Positions 25,900 to 39,491 of a stretch of 64,000 nucleotides of DNA are shown here, piece after piece. The DNA comes from Catajapyx aquilonaris (lineage: Eukaryota). Made by a program: the position numbers and the translations under genes. The notes under the pieces were generated by a model that was not told the DNA's origin, ran no database searches, and saw only the letters and a list, made by a program, of their open reading frames with translations. How positions within the stretch are numbered: position 1 is the stretch's first letter; each line of letters opens with the position of its first letter. The stretch covers positions 1 through 64,000 of the forward strand of contig JYFJ02000886.1 in NCBI GenBank assembly GCA_000934665.2, given 5' to 3'.

Positions 25900-28643
25900 A
25901 TACTGGTAGAGTCATATAGAGTAAGTATAGGACCTAGATCGCGTGAAACAGGCTGCGGTCAGCGGCTGCAACCCGTTTCCCTCGCAACAGCCTATGAGAG
26001 GTTTTGCAACTCGGCAGCGCATTGCAGAACAAACCTTCAAATTCATTGTGTGTAAATAAAGCCACCAGTTGCAACCGCCCCTTTTCCCACAACCATACCC
26101 GCACGACCCATAGATCCAACGTACCCTCAACGACAATATTTGGTGACACCGAATATGAGGGGAAAGTTAATTTGTAATCGCAAAAGCCTCCCCTGTGGTA
26201 ATCCACCGGGAGCCGCATATCATTATTTATGGCTTATCCACCAGGACACTGGACGCCCATACTGCCAGCTGACGTCATTCCACTGCCTATTTAAAAGATG
26301 ACCACTACCCTAAGAGGGACACCCACTTCCAGGTTAATAAAGGAGGAAAAATACAGTGCACATAGTGGAAGTATCGCTTTTCTTGGTGCAAGTGCCAGCC
26401 ACGCGGTCATCATTCCAGAGCTTCATGGCTTCTCCCTGACGCAGTATCCGTAAAGAAACGCAACAGAATTGCATTCAGCGCGTGGCTTTGTCATCGTTTA
26501 ATCCTGTCACAGCACTGCAGCCTTCCTTCCCAACGGCTGCCGTTACGTGGCTAGGCGGAATTGGCATACGTGGGCTTCATTACTTTAGAAGCTTGGCAGT
26601 GGAAAAGCAGACGCCGAGTTCTTATCAAATCGCTACAAAAATGTGGCATTCACAAACTGATGTCGTTCGTTCGTTAGTGGTCGGGGCATTGACATACCGT
26701 GCGCATCAAGTGTATATACATCTCCCTAGCGAGAACAGTTTACAGGCGCTCATATTGCAGCAGCTATAGCCTGATATTAAATGATGCTCAGACACGTAAA
26801 CACCCAATAAGGACACGCCATCATTATCTCCTGCTCATTTGAGGGTTCAATATTTTCCCATGTGATTGGATCGTATTTAAAAGTTGCTGGGATCCAATCT
26901 GTTTATATATGGATGTTTAGATGAACATTGCATATTACCCAAGTTTGACAATCATCTGGCTGGAATATTTGCAGGCTTTTTCCCCTTGGGTAATACGGGT
27001 TGAATAGAGGCCAAGTAGAATATTGTGATGCAGAGCGTAGGCTCACGACCAAACAGCGCATCTGCAGTTGCAGGCAATATCAATGCTGGTGGCTGCCGGC
27101 ACTAACCCCCGCACCACATGAACACCAATAAGAATAATAGCCATTGCGTGCCGTTTGCTGCCCACTAAAGATCTAACTGGACGTGGTACGCTGTACGTAC
27201 ATTGCACTTGTATTTAGTGTACTATCAATGGCGGCAACAGTGCCATGAATTCCACGGTCCCATTCTCTTCCTCCTCACAATTTCGTGTCAGCGAGTCATT
27301 TTCCGAAAGAGTGGAATTCAATCCGACCCCCAATGTCATAGGCTCTAAAAGGCCCAAAGGGAAACCGTGCTTGCCATTGGGCGGAATAAATACCCATTCA
27401 ATATGCCTAGTTACCAGTACTACTTTTTTGCGCCATACTACAAACATGCATAACCATCACGACATTTTCCTCTAAAAGGGATAGTCAGGCTGAAGAGAAG
27501 CGAAGACACACTATAATCAAACAACTCGGTTCATAAAAATAATAAAATTAGACTAACAATATTACATACAATAATTACACCTATACTGCGAGGATTGATG
27601 TCCTCAGGTAAATTTCTCCTGACCCCGAAAGGTCACTCAGGGTCGTAGTCCAATAATACAACAGGTTCGGACCAACCCATTTATTTAGACCAGCCTGCAG
27701 CCAGGCCGTTTCACGACTGACTCAAAAAAGCACTCCCTCCAGGTCCACACCAAGCAGACGCCACTGTCCTCTAGGAGGGGCGTCATAATACATAGAGCTC
27801 CATCTCGCAGTAATACACGACACTACAGTACACGCCTTATTGCATGCAAAATATTCAATGATTTTCCCAGTATACTATTCAAAGAGGAGTAATTCTTTGG
27901 GTGAGAGGCTTGCAGATATCCACTCTCGTTTACCCTCCTTTCCCCCAATCTTTCCCTCCTCATTCCTATAACAACCCTCTTTGGTAGTCGTCGAGCCAAT
28001 TTCGAGGAATACAACAAAACGAACGCACTCAGCCTATAGGCATCTAAGGCACAAACAGGACCGTAGCTGGAAAATTTTTATTGGGGAATGGAGGTAGAGG
28101 GGAGAGAGTTTGAGAGTTCGATCTTGTCCGAGTGGAGTAATATTTTTCTTCCTTTTACTTTGAATGAGAATACGGATTTTTTTTATGTGATGGGAGAATG
28201 AGATGGACATGACCACAGGACCATGTTATTGTGCTGAAAAGTGATTTGTTGGGGTGCCTAAGAGAAGGATGGATTAGTGAGAGCAAGAAAACGTCACAGT
28301 TCATATATGGCAAATAAACATGAAGTTGTGCGTTAATTTTTGTTTACTGGCACTTAGTACTTATAAAACCTCTGGTTCTGACAGCGTTTTATATCATTTT
28401 GTACAAGCTCAGATTTGCTTCTGAAGGGCCTCATATCGCGCTTGAGTCGCGAAAATTCAAAAAACAAGAACTGCGTAAAACAATTCAGACTTTACAAAAG
28501 GCATCGTACACAATCTCACTTGCTTCGAAGTAAAATTCTATGTAGACCTAACGCAACTGTTTTTTTTAAATACGGTACCTTAAACAAGACATTGCATTAG
28601 AAATATCTTGCAATCCAACCCTTGTAATGATTTCTCTGCCAGT

Positions 28644-28860
28644 CAACCCAACCTCCTGGGGAACAGCACGTGACCCCTTTTCAGACAATACACTTGCACC
28701 CATGTTCCCTCCCCAAAAATCCCTATCCTTACCCAATGTCCTTGTTTCCCTGCACCGGAATGAAGATAAAAAATTATAAAATTGATTGAAAAATTGTGGT
28801 GTACCACCCCCCTATATAGAACCCGTAAGGGTCATCACGGGGTACAACAAAAAAAAGGAA
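28644..28860 (+). mobile_element. 5'-truncated SINE family A copy with 12-bp TSD
   Basis: Matches the 3' two-thirds of 1877-2226 (CCCTCCCCAAAAATCCCTATCCTTACCC ... ATCACGGGGTA + A tail). TSD TTCTCTGCCAGT at 28632-28643 and 28861-28872. Confidence 0.9.
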
Positions 28861-31043
28861 TTCTCTGCCAGTTTAGTTAGATCCTGAATTATCAATTAAG
28901 CACTAACAAGAAACGAAGCAGTTTGAAATGCTAAGTTTCTTTATTTTTTTAAGAACAACTAGCAAGTGCATAATACCGTCTTTTCGTGAAAGTGTAGGAT
29001 TCCAGTCCATTTTCTTCAGATCTAAAAATTCTAGCACCGTCCACTAAAAAACGCTGTAATTCTCGCTACAAAAAGTAACTCTCAGGCCTATTTTTCCACC
29101 CTGACAGCAAGAAAGATGGCAGCCATGTTGATGGTGGCGTGTACTGGCGCCTAGGCCTATAAGAAAAAGAAAGGGGGGAGCGAGAGAGCAATCCTTCTGA
29201 GGGGGAGATAATACTTGACGCACGTGAGTTATTATCGGTAGAGCGAAGGAGATAGAAATAATCAGGACAATATAAAGGAAATAGAGAATCGACAGAAGGG
29301 GCGTAGAGGCGGAAATGAAGCCTTGGCAAATGGATAAATAACACGATGCCAGCGTGTAATAGAAAAATTGCTCTGGGTCCCCACACCTCATTAACTATGA
29401 GCAAGCAGGCCAACAAGCCAGGCCGTGTAGATGAGCTTCTGGCCGCAACTATGTCGGCACTAGTCCTACCGTTTCTCTCTACGGGCCAGAAAATTCCTCT
29501 CGTGGGAAAATGGCGTGCCCCCCCCTNCCCCCCCTCTGTACACCCCCACACATCCACATGCGCCACTGGTCATTTCAAGTCCTACTTCGTTCCTTCCCTA
29601 TTATGCTGGCTATGAACAGCACCATTCAGATCCGAGGACGCCACAAGAAATGTCTGCAGCCACTCATAGTTTAGCCAAATTAGAATTGCTTCGTTATCAG
29701 GGGTAATTGCATTGCTGTATGCAGTGTATCTCCTGTGTTTTGCAGCTTATTGTAAAAGTACGTGGCGTGTTACACCGTGTTGTTTGGGGAGGACTGTATA
29801 TGTAGACGGCTTGGCAACTGGGGGGTAGGTAGGGGGAGGAGTAGATGGGAGGGCAGTGAAACCGCCTGCCTCTGGGACTGCTATTGAACGCTTCCTTGTC
29901 TCGCCTTCATTCTCCGCTCTAATTAGGTTGCCGCCCAATGTTTATGTGATTGTCCATTTCATTCCACCAACGGATCGATTGCAGCCGCATACTATACCTC
30001 CTTGCTGCAGAGTCAATAGCCACCTGTCACCATTCTTGCTCTGCCATTAGATCCTGCTTTATTTCAAGAAACTGCCTGACCAGTGTAATGGCACGTTTTG
30101 ATTACAGTCTAACAGCTTGCCACATTCAAATTGCTTTCGAACTTACGATTCGCTCGAGAACCTTTGCACGGAAATGATCGTGACATATGGTCCTCATGAA
30201 ATGTGTGGATATTAAATACGTAACACGCAATGTCCATTTTAAAATTTCACCAGATAATGATGAGGTAAAGGACTGAAGAGAATCCAGTGGAAGAGCTGAG
30301 GGTAGCAAGTGGTGATGCCAAGAATAGCCGAGTAGCTCCTCCTAAGGATCACATTTCCTTCAATTCTCACCCAAGTCCGCTTTTACAACACAATAACACT
30401 ACTTACTGTTGACGTGCAATGCTCGTGACGTAAGGATTGCCGGCAAGCTTTATTGTAGGCATAAAGAGCTTCGGAAGTGGATAAGAGGAACTTCTTGTTG
30501 CACTCCGCCAAGACTTCATAAATTTCCGCACCCTCTCGGGGCAACAAATTGTAATGCTCGTGTTAAAGGAGAAGTAGAGTAGGAAGAAATCTACCGTATA
30601 CAAGGGGGGGAGAGAAAAGTGCCAAGCAGCCTAGGAATCTGCTGGATCTGCGCTAACAATCAACAGTAAAAGCTAGACAGAATGTGACATTAACGATGTC
30701 ATTATTCTCCGTGATGCTCGTAAAATCATGCCAATAAACAACGCTGCATTACAATTATTGTCATTTTACACATAGCAAGTACTTCCAAAAATAACCCGTT
30801 CATAATATTCGTTATGATTCCATTTCAGTAAATTGCCGGAAACGCCAGAAATTTACAGCAAAAATTTATAACTACCATAGACCTACCATAAATGACTCTG
30901 TCACAAGCTTTATGTGTTGTGTAAAAAATAAGGACTTTCGTAATGGAAGACCGAATGTGGCAGAAGTAGGAGCACGCTGCACCAACCTACTCCATGACCT
31001 AACCTTCCTTTCCAGCGGATACACGCTTATCCTTCAGCAGATA

Positions 31044-31359
31044 CTCTCCGATTCACATAAGAGTGAACCTTTTTCGATATGCATACGCCCGAGGGGTCGG
31101 TGAACCGCCCGAAAGCAGTGCCCGACATGGCGCTGACATGGCGGGCCTTACCGCTCTTCACAACAAAATGTGCAGTTTGTGTCACGCTACAGCTACCGCA
31201 TGGGCTGCCCATGATAATTAGGCATTCGAATTACTTGTACCAGCACTGTTTCTTCGAGAAAGCCATAGATACCGGGGACTAATTTTGCGGCGCGGCGGCT
31301 CACCGACCCCTCGGGCGTATGGATATCCAAAAAGGTTCACACTTATATGATTCGGTGTG
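31044..31359. mobile_element. Tc1/mariner-like MITE, TIR about 65 bp, TA TSD
   Basis: TA|CTCTCCGATTCACATAAGAGTGAACCTTTTT...CATACGCCCGAGGGGTCGGTGA pairs with TCACCGACCCCTCGGGCGTATG...AAAAAGGTTCACACTTATATGATTCGGTGTG|TA. Confidence 0.85.
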
Positions 31360-32371
31360 TACACGCCTAGGAGAGTAGGTAAAAGTGCAGGGTCTCCTGT
31401 TATGAAAGCGTAGCTCTGTAAAAGTCCTGATATCCTTAGGCACAATATAGCGCTCTGAATAAATGTTAAGAAACATTAACATGCTCTGAAAATCCATCTG
31501 CAATTTTCAGTTATATTTAGGGTCCGCTACAGACATACTTCTTGCCTTTAAACATGCCTTGATGGAACAAAGCACAAAACTTAGTAGTGTTAGAGCCCAT
31601 GAAAAGGTTTGCGGTGAGGCAGACAGATTATAAGCCAGCCCGACGCCATTACCAAAGCAGATGGGTTATTTCAGCAAAGTTTGTTTTCAGTTACCAGTCC
31701 GTACCGAGGCGGCAAGTCAGCAGACGGAAGCAGAATGAGTAAATTATATCATTTGCCATTTCCGGCCATGTCGAACCTTGTCGATTTGGACAGGATTCCC
31801 TCAGGGAACTTAATGGACAAAGTTCTTAACTGCCAAAACAACGACCAAGTCTCTCATCAATCAGTGTGTCACGAACTTCGGGATAATTTTCTACGCCCTT
31901 TAGAGCCAGGTTGCAGGGCATTCCTTTTCCGATGAGCACAACCGAAGTGATAAGGTACGGAAGGAGGCTCAATTCTTACAGATTTGTCAGTTAACCCAGA
32001 CAGCGGCACGTCTATTTATCTTGTCGTGAATGAATCGGCTCACCAGCAGCACATTATGCTCGAGTCCGACTTCAAGATTAATGGTCAGATTATACTGTAG
32101 AACGTCTTTTTGTTGCACTAGTTTAGTGCGCACTTATCGACTTTATTAAGGCTTGTAACAGATTATTACCAGCTACGTTGTGTGTACTATATGGGTCAAA
32201 ATATTATTGCAGATTTGATTAAATGAAATATTATTTTGGTGTGTTCAACCAAATATTTTTAGAGACACATTCCGCAGATTGTAAATGTTTTAGGAGTAGT
32301 CATGAGGACATACTTATAGGCCACATTTTGTAGGAAATCCGAAGTTGGAGAGAATTTCTATAAACTTGGAA

Positions 32372-32389
32372 GTGTGTGTGTGTGTGTGT
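32372..32389. repeat. (GT)n microsatellite
   Basis: Direct reading of the GT run. Confidence 0.9.
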
Positions 32390-34136
32390 GCGATATAAGC
32401 AGAACGATGTCAGTCACAGGCTCTTGGTGCAGTGTAGCGCCATGTAGTGGTGGAAAAAATAGGAGCAAAATTTCTCCAGAAGACCGCATTTCTCCTTTTT
32501 TTTACCAAGCAAAACTCCTGCGTCCCCAGCTTCTTTCCTCGCCCCCATATTTCAAGCTCTAAAGCGTTACTTCTCTGCAAGTCTCAGCAAGTGTCGCTCT
32601 AATTCATTCGAAACCTGTTGTATAACCCATATATCATGCGCCCTAAAGTGAGAGCTTCGTCTCTTCTTGTCTCAAGTCTAGCTATTAACTTAAGAAAAAT
32701 AATGCCGGCAAGTCCTTCACCCTATGAATAGAATGTCCTCTTCCTGCATTTTCTCTATTTTGGAGGCGCACTGAGTGCCCAAGTTAGCAAGCTGTGCGAC
32801 TTTTCCGTTTTTCATGAATATTGTATATCTGACAATGCTCACAGAATACGAAATTAATTGCACTTTAATAAGTCTTCGCCTACAGTTTCTCGCAGGCGTG
32901 TCCTGGAACACATCGTGAGAGACAAAATTATGCAAATATTATCATATAAAACACCAACATTGTCAGACATTTTCTGTATTAATATAATGTGCATACTGTA
33001 TCTCACTTGAGCGGTGACTGCAGTTAATAAAAGGTTACAATTACACACAATTTTATTGGTTTTTATGTGAGATTTCGCGCTCATAATTGTAACATAGGTA
33101 TGCTATAAACAGAAGAATATTACGATACCTACGATACCAACCCATTTTATTAATATCAAGTTTTTGTTACTGAAAATATATTATAAGACATTTTATTATT
33201 AGCAAGTAATGCAAAGCAGCAGCTTTGCTCTGGTGATGTCATTACCCTTGGCTGATGTCTTATAAGATAAAGGCTATGCCTTAATAATACCGACAAATGT
33301 CTGGGGTAAACTCCTGCGAGAGAAAGGATCACCCTAATTATGTAGGGATGTAATTTATCCTAAGCCTGCTCGTTACTGGGATAATTGGCAATTTATCATG
33401 TAAAAGCGTATCCTAGAAGATCTGCATCCAACCTCATGTGAAGCTCGCATAAAAAGTATGCATTCTCTCTATAGTTGTGCATTTTCAACTTCGTGATTGA
33501 AAGACATTTTCAGTGTATGTGGTATGCTTTATAATGGAGCGTTTCAGTGATGGTTACACAATAATTGCATGCATTGTTGCGTACACTGTTGCTGGACTCC
33601 ATTTACATGAGAACACATCGCCAAGTCTACTTGTGACAAAATATGCATACCGTAGTCCACAAACTCTACGGTCTTGAAAGCTCTTGAAAGCAATGGTTGG
33701 AAAACAACTTCTAAAAAATAAGCAGCTTATAATGTAAAAAGATCTCTAACTGAAACACTCCCCCATTGCCACCAAACATTGATATGCCAAGTACTCACCC
33801 GCGAAACAATTCCACTCACTGCATGTAAATCCAAGCTAATAGTTTCCCATTCCTAAAATTATTATTATGTCCCCTCAACCACCACCGTCCAAATTAATTA
33901 ACCTCATTTTTCATCATAATTAATTCAGTGTTGCCAAGAGAATTCAACTCTACGTGGCAACGGGTAACCAGGCGACTTGGTTTTTGGTTGTCATCCTGGT
34001 TGTGTATGATACTGCCAGCAAGAATCACCCCGACTACCCAATGTAAACACTTATCACATTTCCAATTGTGTTGATGCGATGTAGAAGGGAACAAAATTCG
34101 CTCCACGTATTCCCCGTCCTTTCATCCATCCTGCAG

Positions 34137-34186
34137 TCTTGGGTTCTTGGGATTAGAAGGAACTCATACATTCGCATACCTTCAAT
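34137..34186 (+). other. Candidate 50-nt upstream exon of the CaaX-protein gene
   Basis: Preceded by a pyrimidine tract CCCCGTCCTTTCATCCATCCTGCAG and followed by donor GTGAGT. Stop-free in the frame of the downstream CDS (LGFLGLEGTHTFAYLQ). Confidence 0.5.
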
Positions 34187-34250
34187 GTGAGTGCTGGTAG
34201 TTACGACCCCCAACATCACTTCGGACCTAAACTATTCCTTCTCACACCAG
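34187..34250 (+). other. Candidate 64-nt GT-AG intron
   Basis: GTGAGT donor, branch-like CCTAAAC, pyrimidine tract TTCCTTCTCACACCAG. Confidence 0.6.
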
Positions 34251-34258
34251 CCCACACC

Positions 34259-34552
34259 ATGGAGCAGCAGATCCCGCCACTGCCGCGGCGTGGTCCCGAA
34301 GGACAAGCTCAAGACAATGCGGAAAGCAACAGCAACGGTCCGACCAGGCAGAGTCTTCAAGGACCAATTAGACGACCAGGGGGCATTCACACAATACCAC
34401 CGAACCAGTATGGACACGACAGCACAGGACAACCCGAAATGTACCATGGAGGGCCCTCAGCCGGTGATTACATTGTCGTCCAACAAGTCACCATTGTAGA
34501 TGAGGTGGGAAGCACTGCAGTGATTTGTTGTCCTCTGTGCACAATAATGTAA
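34259..34552 (+). CDS. Small Pro/Gly/Gln-rich protein (97 aa from this ATG) with PxxPxR motif and C-terminal CaaX prenylation box (CCPLCTIM*); may be the last exon of a longer protein
   Basis: Strong Kozak context CACCATGG 8 nt after a splice acceptor. Translation MEQQIPPLPRRGPEGQ...DYIVVQQVTIVDEVGSTAVICCPLCTIM-stop. Composition is disorder-like, unlike the other short ORFs. Confidence 0.7.
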   Translation: MEQQIPPLPRRGPEGQAQDNAESNSNGPTRQSLQGPIRRPGGIHTIPPNQYGHDSTGQPEMYHGGPSAGDYIVVQQVTIVDEVGSTAVICCPLCTIM

Positions 34553-37500
34553 ACCTTTGGCTGTCAAGGCAAAATTTTATGTGAGATAAAAATCATTAAG
34601 ACCAAAATGTATTTCATTTCATATTGTTTCACTTCAAATCAGGTAGAGGGAAACTTTAGGTAGAAATTACAGTCCGCCAGTTCAGACCATATCACTTTTG
34701 GATCTGTCCCTGTGGTCTGTGGTGGGAAAAAAGCAAAAAAGGACTGAATAAGGAGGGCGATAAATGAATACTTGTATACCAGGAAAATTTGCATACGAAT
34801 ATTGTGTGGGTGTTTGAATTTGGCTCAATTAAATTAAATTAATATAAATATGGCTAACGTTTGACCGGATCCGGATAATTTTTTCCAGAGTCTTAACCTA
34901 GGAGAGTGGGGTTGGCTAAAAAACGGATTTAGGACTGTTCGTAGAACATACCCTGAGGCTGGCCTGTAAAGTGACTCAGGCCATGGTTTAACCTCGTTTT
35001 AGCAATTAACCCTCGCATCACTACCCAGGGTTATGGTAATGGGTTCCCAGTCATAATAATCACTTTTTTGACAATAGGGCGACGGAAAAATCTTATCTTT
35101 TGCTCAGCTCAGCCTCGTTTCCTCAACTGCTCACGCCGCCGGGCCACGTAAAAAACACAGCTAGTTCTCACACTCGAGTGTAAGAGCACTTAGATGTTAA
35201 GTGATACCTCATTATGAAGGACCATTCCCCATATAATAATCGCCTTATTTTTTTCTTCCCTCTGTCTGGAACGGTCCGGTGGGTGGGGCGGAGGGAGGTA
35301 GGGGTCTTGGTGAGTGCTGCCACCTTCTGGTCACTCCACTAAATCATCAGGCCGGGGGGAAGGGTGGCTGGGTAGGTGGCCGGCGGGGGGTCTGCAGGTT
35401 TTGCTAAATTTTGGCTACGGGTGCACTAGTAGAATACACTTTAAAACTTCAGCAATATTTCCAATGAACTCGTGGTATCCTTGATACATCAGTCTTCTTC
35501 GGCTACCTCCCCATAAACTCCGAGAAAGTTACATCCAAAACCTTTTTGTGTACCAAAACCTGTTCAATTAACTTCTTAAGTATAATTATGTAGTAAGATG
35601 TTTATATTCTGTGGCCTAGTGCATATACCTGTGGTGTATCTGTATACCGCCTGGACGAGCGGACTATACCTTTTTCAGTAAAAATATATTGAACAGGGGC
35701 AGCTCTGCGGCTATACAGTGGATTCCAACTGCAGGTCGGAAAGGCAAGAAGGGATTGGCATCTGGAGGAGGCAGGCATGCAAATGGCAGGAGACGGTGAT
35801 AAATTTGACTAATAAATCCCAAGCCTAAGCGTGTTCGCCTTTCTCCTGAAAATTCTATTAAAACCATTGGAACTTGGTTTTTGGTGATCACTGGGAGGTA
35901 AGGAGGGATGCATGACTGGAATGGCGGATAAGAAGTCAAGAAAATAGAGAAGCTAAGAAGGAAGCAAGATGTATGTTCCTTGGAGACCCATTTGGCGGCA
36001 GACACGTGGCAAAGCGATGCGGAATAAAGAGGTCCCCTGTCCTCAAAAAGGTGCAAGACGGGCTTAATACCTCTTTAAAAGAATATATCTCATACCAGCA
36101 GCTGCAAACGTCTAAACACCGCCATATCGTATTCTACGTTAGCGTATTTTTAATGGCTACTTTTCAAAAAGCTGCTATAAAAGACCAAAATGTGTTGGCA
36201 ACATTAAATCCTTCATTACGATATTTCTAATCCTGCAGCTCATACAATTTGTTGAAGTAATTGTTAAAAACCTATTATATTTCAGAATACATTTATGGCG
36301 AACTCACTTGAGGTGTGTGCAAGAAAATTCCTGCCTCTGTATAACTTGTCACAATCTATCTAATTTCTCAAAACTTGAGGCAGTCTTTAGGAGTCTGCTA
36401 TCTGTTTCAAGAGATAAGGAAATTAAGTGACTAATGCGTTTAGTTTCTGAGGCCATTGAAGATAATGTATTGTATGCGTTATTTCATAACTTGGGTGACT
36501 CGATAAAATGTACTAGTATTTTCAAATGACAAATAATTATTAAATAATGCATACATTGTTAACTTAAAGTCGGAATATAGATTGTAGGGTCATAACATGG
36601 GGTCATGGAACATGGCACTGTAAACCGATAATCTCATTCCGTTACCTCCCGAGTGGGTCAAAACTAGATCGTGGTAAATCCATTAGATGGAACTGTAGTA
36701 CCTGCTTCCGGCTATAGAAAACTCGATCGAACACTTCAAAAGAAGTAGGCTATATAGACTCCCGAAGTATTCTACAAGGAGAATAGAAATCTCTCCAGTA
36801 ATTATTCACGAATGTTTGACCTGAGAAGTCTGTCCGCTAGTCAGGCAGAATTTTTGGGTCTCTCCTAATTTGGGTCTCATTAGTGCCAATAAGGATCGCA
36901 CCGTCCCCTTTTCTTGTTTGGTTTGAACCAGCTAATGAATGAGTGACCATGTCGGCCAAGGCTTCATTTAGGGTGATTCTATTTCTCTCTAGTTCCAGAG
37001 CCTACGGGCAAGCTTGGGAGGCTTCACATCCGTTTCACTTGTGCCAGGCAAATGACGTCACAGAGACAACACTCAACCAGGAGAGTCTGCATTCAGGGTA
37101 CCTCAAAAAAATAGGTAGAAACTACAGTACATTTTATTTTTGCTTAGAATGATTGTAAGCGAGGTTACGATAGGTCGACTTTAGGCGGTGCTATGCTATG
37201 ACATGGTCCTCAAAAGATCGGCTTTCGAATCTAACGTGGAGTGAGGATTGTCTCCCGTTCTCTCGATCGTTATTATTCCGCATCCTTCTCATGTCCTATA
37301 CCGGAGGTATTTCACCCTCTCCCATGACGTTATACAGAGAGCTTTTCTCTCCCAGAGGGATAAAAAAGACACACTCAATAAATTGGCTCTAAAAGCTTCT
37401 CCATACTGTCAAATAATTGGCCTCCACTAACTCCAACACTGTAGGATATATTGTTATTCTGAAAAGTAATTTTTTGACACATTATCAGGAGTTTCCGCGT

Positions 37501-39229
37501 AATCATAACATCGCCTGGTCGTATGTCTATGAATTGCACTGTTGGGAGATATGGCTGCCAAGGGCAAATATTTAATCACATTTATGGCCTTGCATGTGAC
37601 GGGTGCCGCATGTGCTGCTGTTACGATTAATGACACTTGTACGTGGCCGCGAAACAAAGTTTGCCAAAGAAAGTCAGGCTCCCTATGCCAGGAGATTAAT
37701 ATTGAGAAAAAATTGCGCTCGTATTAAAGGCCAAGAGCAGATCTAGGATGAACCTGTGATATCCCCCCTTTTAAACTACAAAAACTGTCGCATAAGTGAA
37801 TTATAGCCTAATTTACTGGCTCGCTACAAACTATCGCTACTGCGGGACCAGTTTTATGGCCGGTTCCATGTGACACTATCTCGGAGACACGCACAAGCAA
37901 ATGCCTGCCCCTACAAGGGCGTCATGTTTCAACACACTCAAAGATTACAACTTAATGAAGTTCCTACTGGCAAAGCATTGGCCTTCCAAAGTAGTCCGTA
38001 CAGGGAATGATGCGGAAAATCGAAAATATCCGAGAGGAGGCGCAAAACCTGGCTTCGGAAGATCATATAACCGGTCCTATCTGGCGATATCAGAAAGTGG
38101 TACTCCAGGAGCTAGAATTTAAGCACGCGAATTTTGTATAAAAAATATAAAAAAATCGCAACAATTGCACTTTTCAAATATTATTGTGACGCCATGTTCG
38201 ATATAGTGACTTGATTTCAATGGAATCATCCAATTTTTCCCCATTGGCTGACAGCTCATTCTGAGCATTTTCAACTTCATTCATCGATGATGCCTGCACA
38301 ATGAAGGACTCTGAGAAGTGCAACAGAAGATGAAATCCATTATTGCTACGTTAGTTAATCTCGGGCGACCCTTTTGCGTGGGGAAATCGATACTTCGGCT
38401 ACTCTCCTTGCTACCGAAAAATCCAGCACTCTCTGCTGCGCATTCTAAGCCCCCCATACAAGGTTCGATATTATCAAAAGACATTATTCTGCTCTTTACT
38501 CAATTACAAAAGTAGGACCGATTTTACTCCAATTTTTGTTCCAAATTCTAGCATTAATACAAGAATAATTGCATGGTCCATCTGTAAAAGATGCTGGACC
38601 AGGTGAGCGGTTAGGACTTGCAAAACAACCCTGATTAGGCGTTTGGTATCACTAATCCCCCCTAGAAACATGAGGCTCTTCCTCACAAAGCCACAACTAT
38701 CTCCTTAATTTGATTCCGCGCCCTGAAAGCTTGACACATTGGCCAAAGCAATCGATTGGAAGCAGGCTGCAAGCCTAAACCACAGCTGCTTGTTCCCGCA
38801 GATGCCCCTGAAACATGTCAAAGTGCCAGCCTCATTCCTAGCCTAAGGTCCTTCCCCTTTCATTAAACTGACATATTACTCGTTTACAACATCAGCCTCT
38901 GGCCATGAGAGACTCTCTGCCTCCTATCCTCTCCCTGATTCCCTCTTCGCCTATCTAACATCCACACAAGCCTCATTCGCAACTTCTTATTGAATAGCCA
39001 AAAACATATTCAGCCTATTACAGTATTTACACACTTACTCGTCAGGATGTAACAAAGCAATATTTTTACTTTTTATACTAAAAACCTGCTAAAAACACTG
39101 GATGGAATTTTTGTCCCACTGCTAGTTACCACTTAGAAGTACCAGTGGCAATGGTACTGCTAAGTTAGCAGTAGGCCTAACTAGCAGTGGGATGAAAATT
39201 CTGCCCATTGTTTTTTCTTCCTCTTCGTA

Positions 39230-39491
39230 CAGTGTTGGACATTAATCGCGTCATACTGCTTGCGACATTTTCCGATGCGGCAGAAGTGCAAATCGAAGTG
39301 ATAGAGTGTGAGCCGTGCGAGTGATGTCACCGGCTGGGGGGCAATGGAGAAAAGGGTTGTCCCCAGCCAGTGACGTCGCCCAAGGGCTACCATTTCTTAC
39401 TCGCACAGCTCGCACTCTATCACTTCGATTTGTACATCTGCCGCATCGGAAAATGTCGCTAGCAGTATGACAGAATTAATGTCCAGCACCG
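39230..39491. mobile_element. Tc1-like MITE, inverted arms about 90 bp, TA TSD
   Basis: TA|CAGTGTTGGACATTAAT...CGACATTTTCCGATGCGGCAGA pairs with TCTGCCGCATCGGAAAATGTCG...ATTAATGTCCAGCACCG|TA. A second hairpin lies in the spacer (about 39323-39377). Confidence 0.9.

Noticed and set aside
26655..26730. TDVV ... GRGIDIP, resembling DEAD-box helicase motif V
   Set aside because: The two halves are in different frames across a GTTC repeat, and the flanking residues do not match motifs IV or VI.
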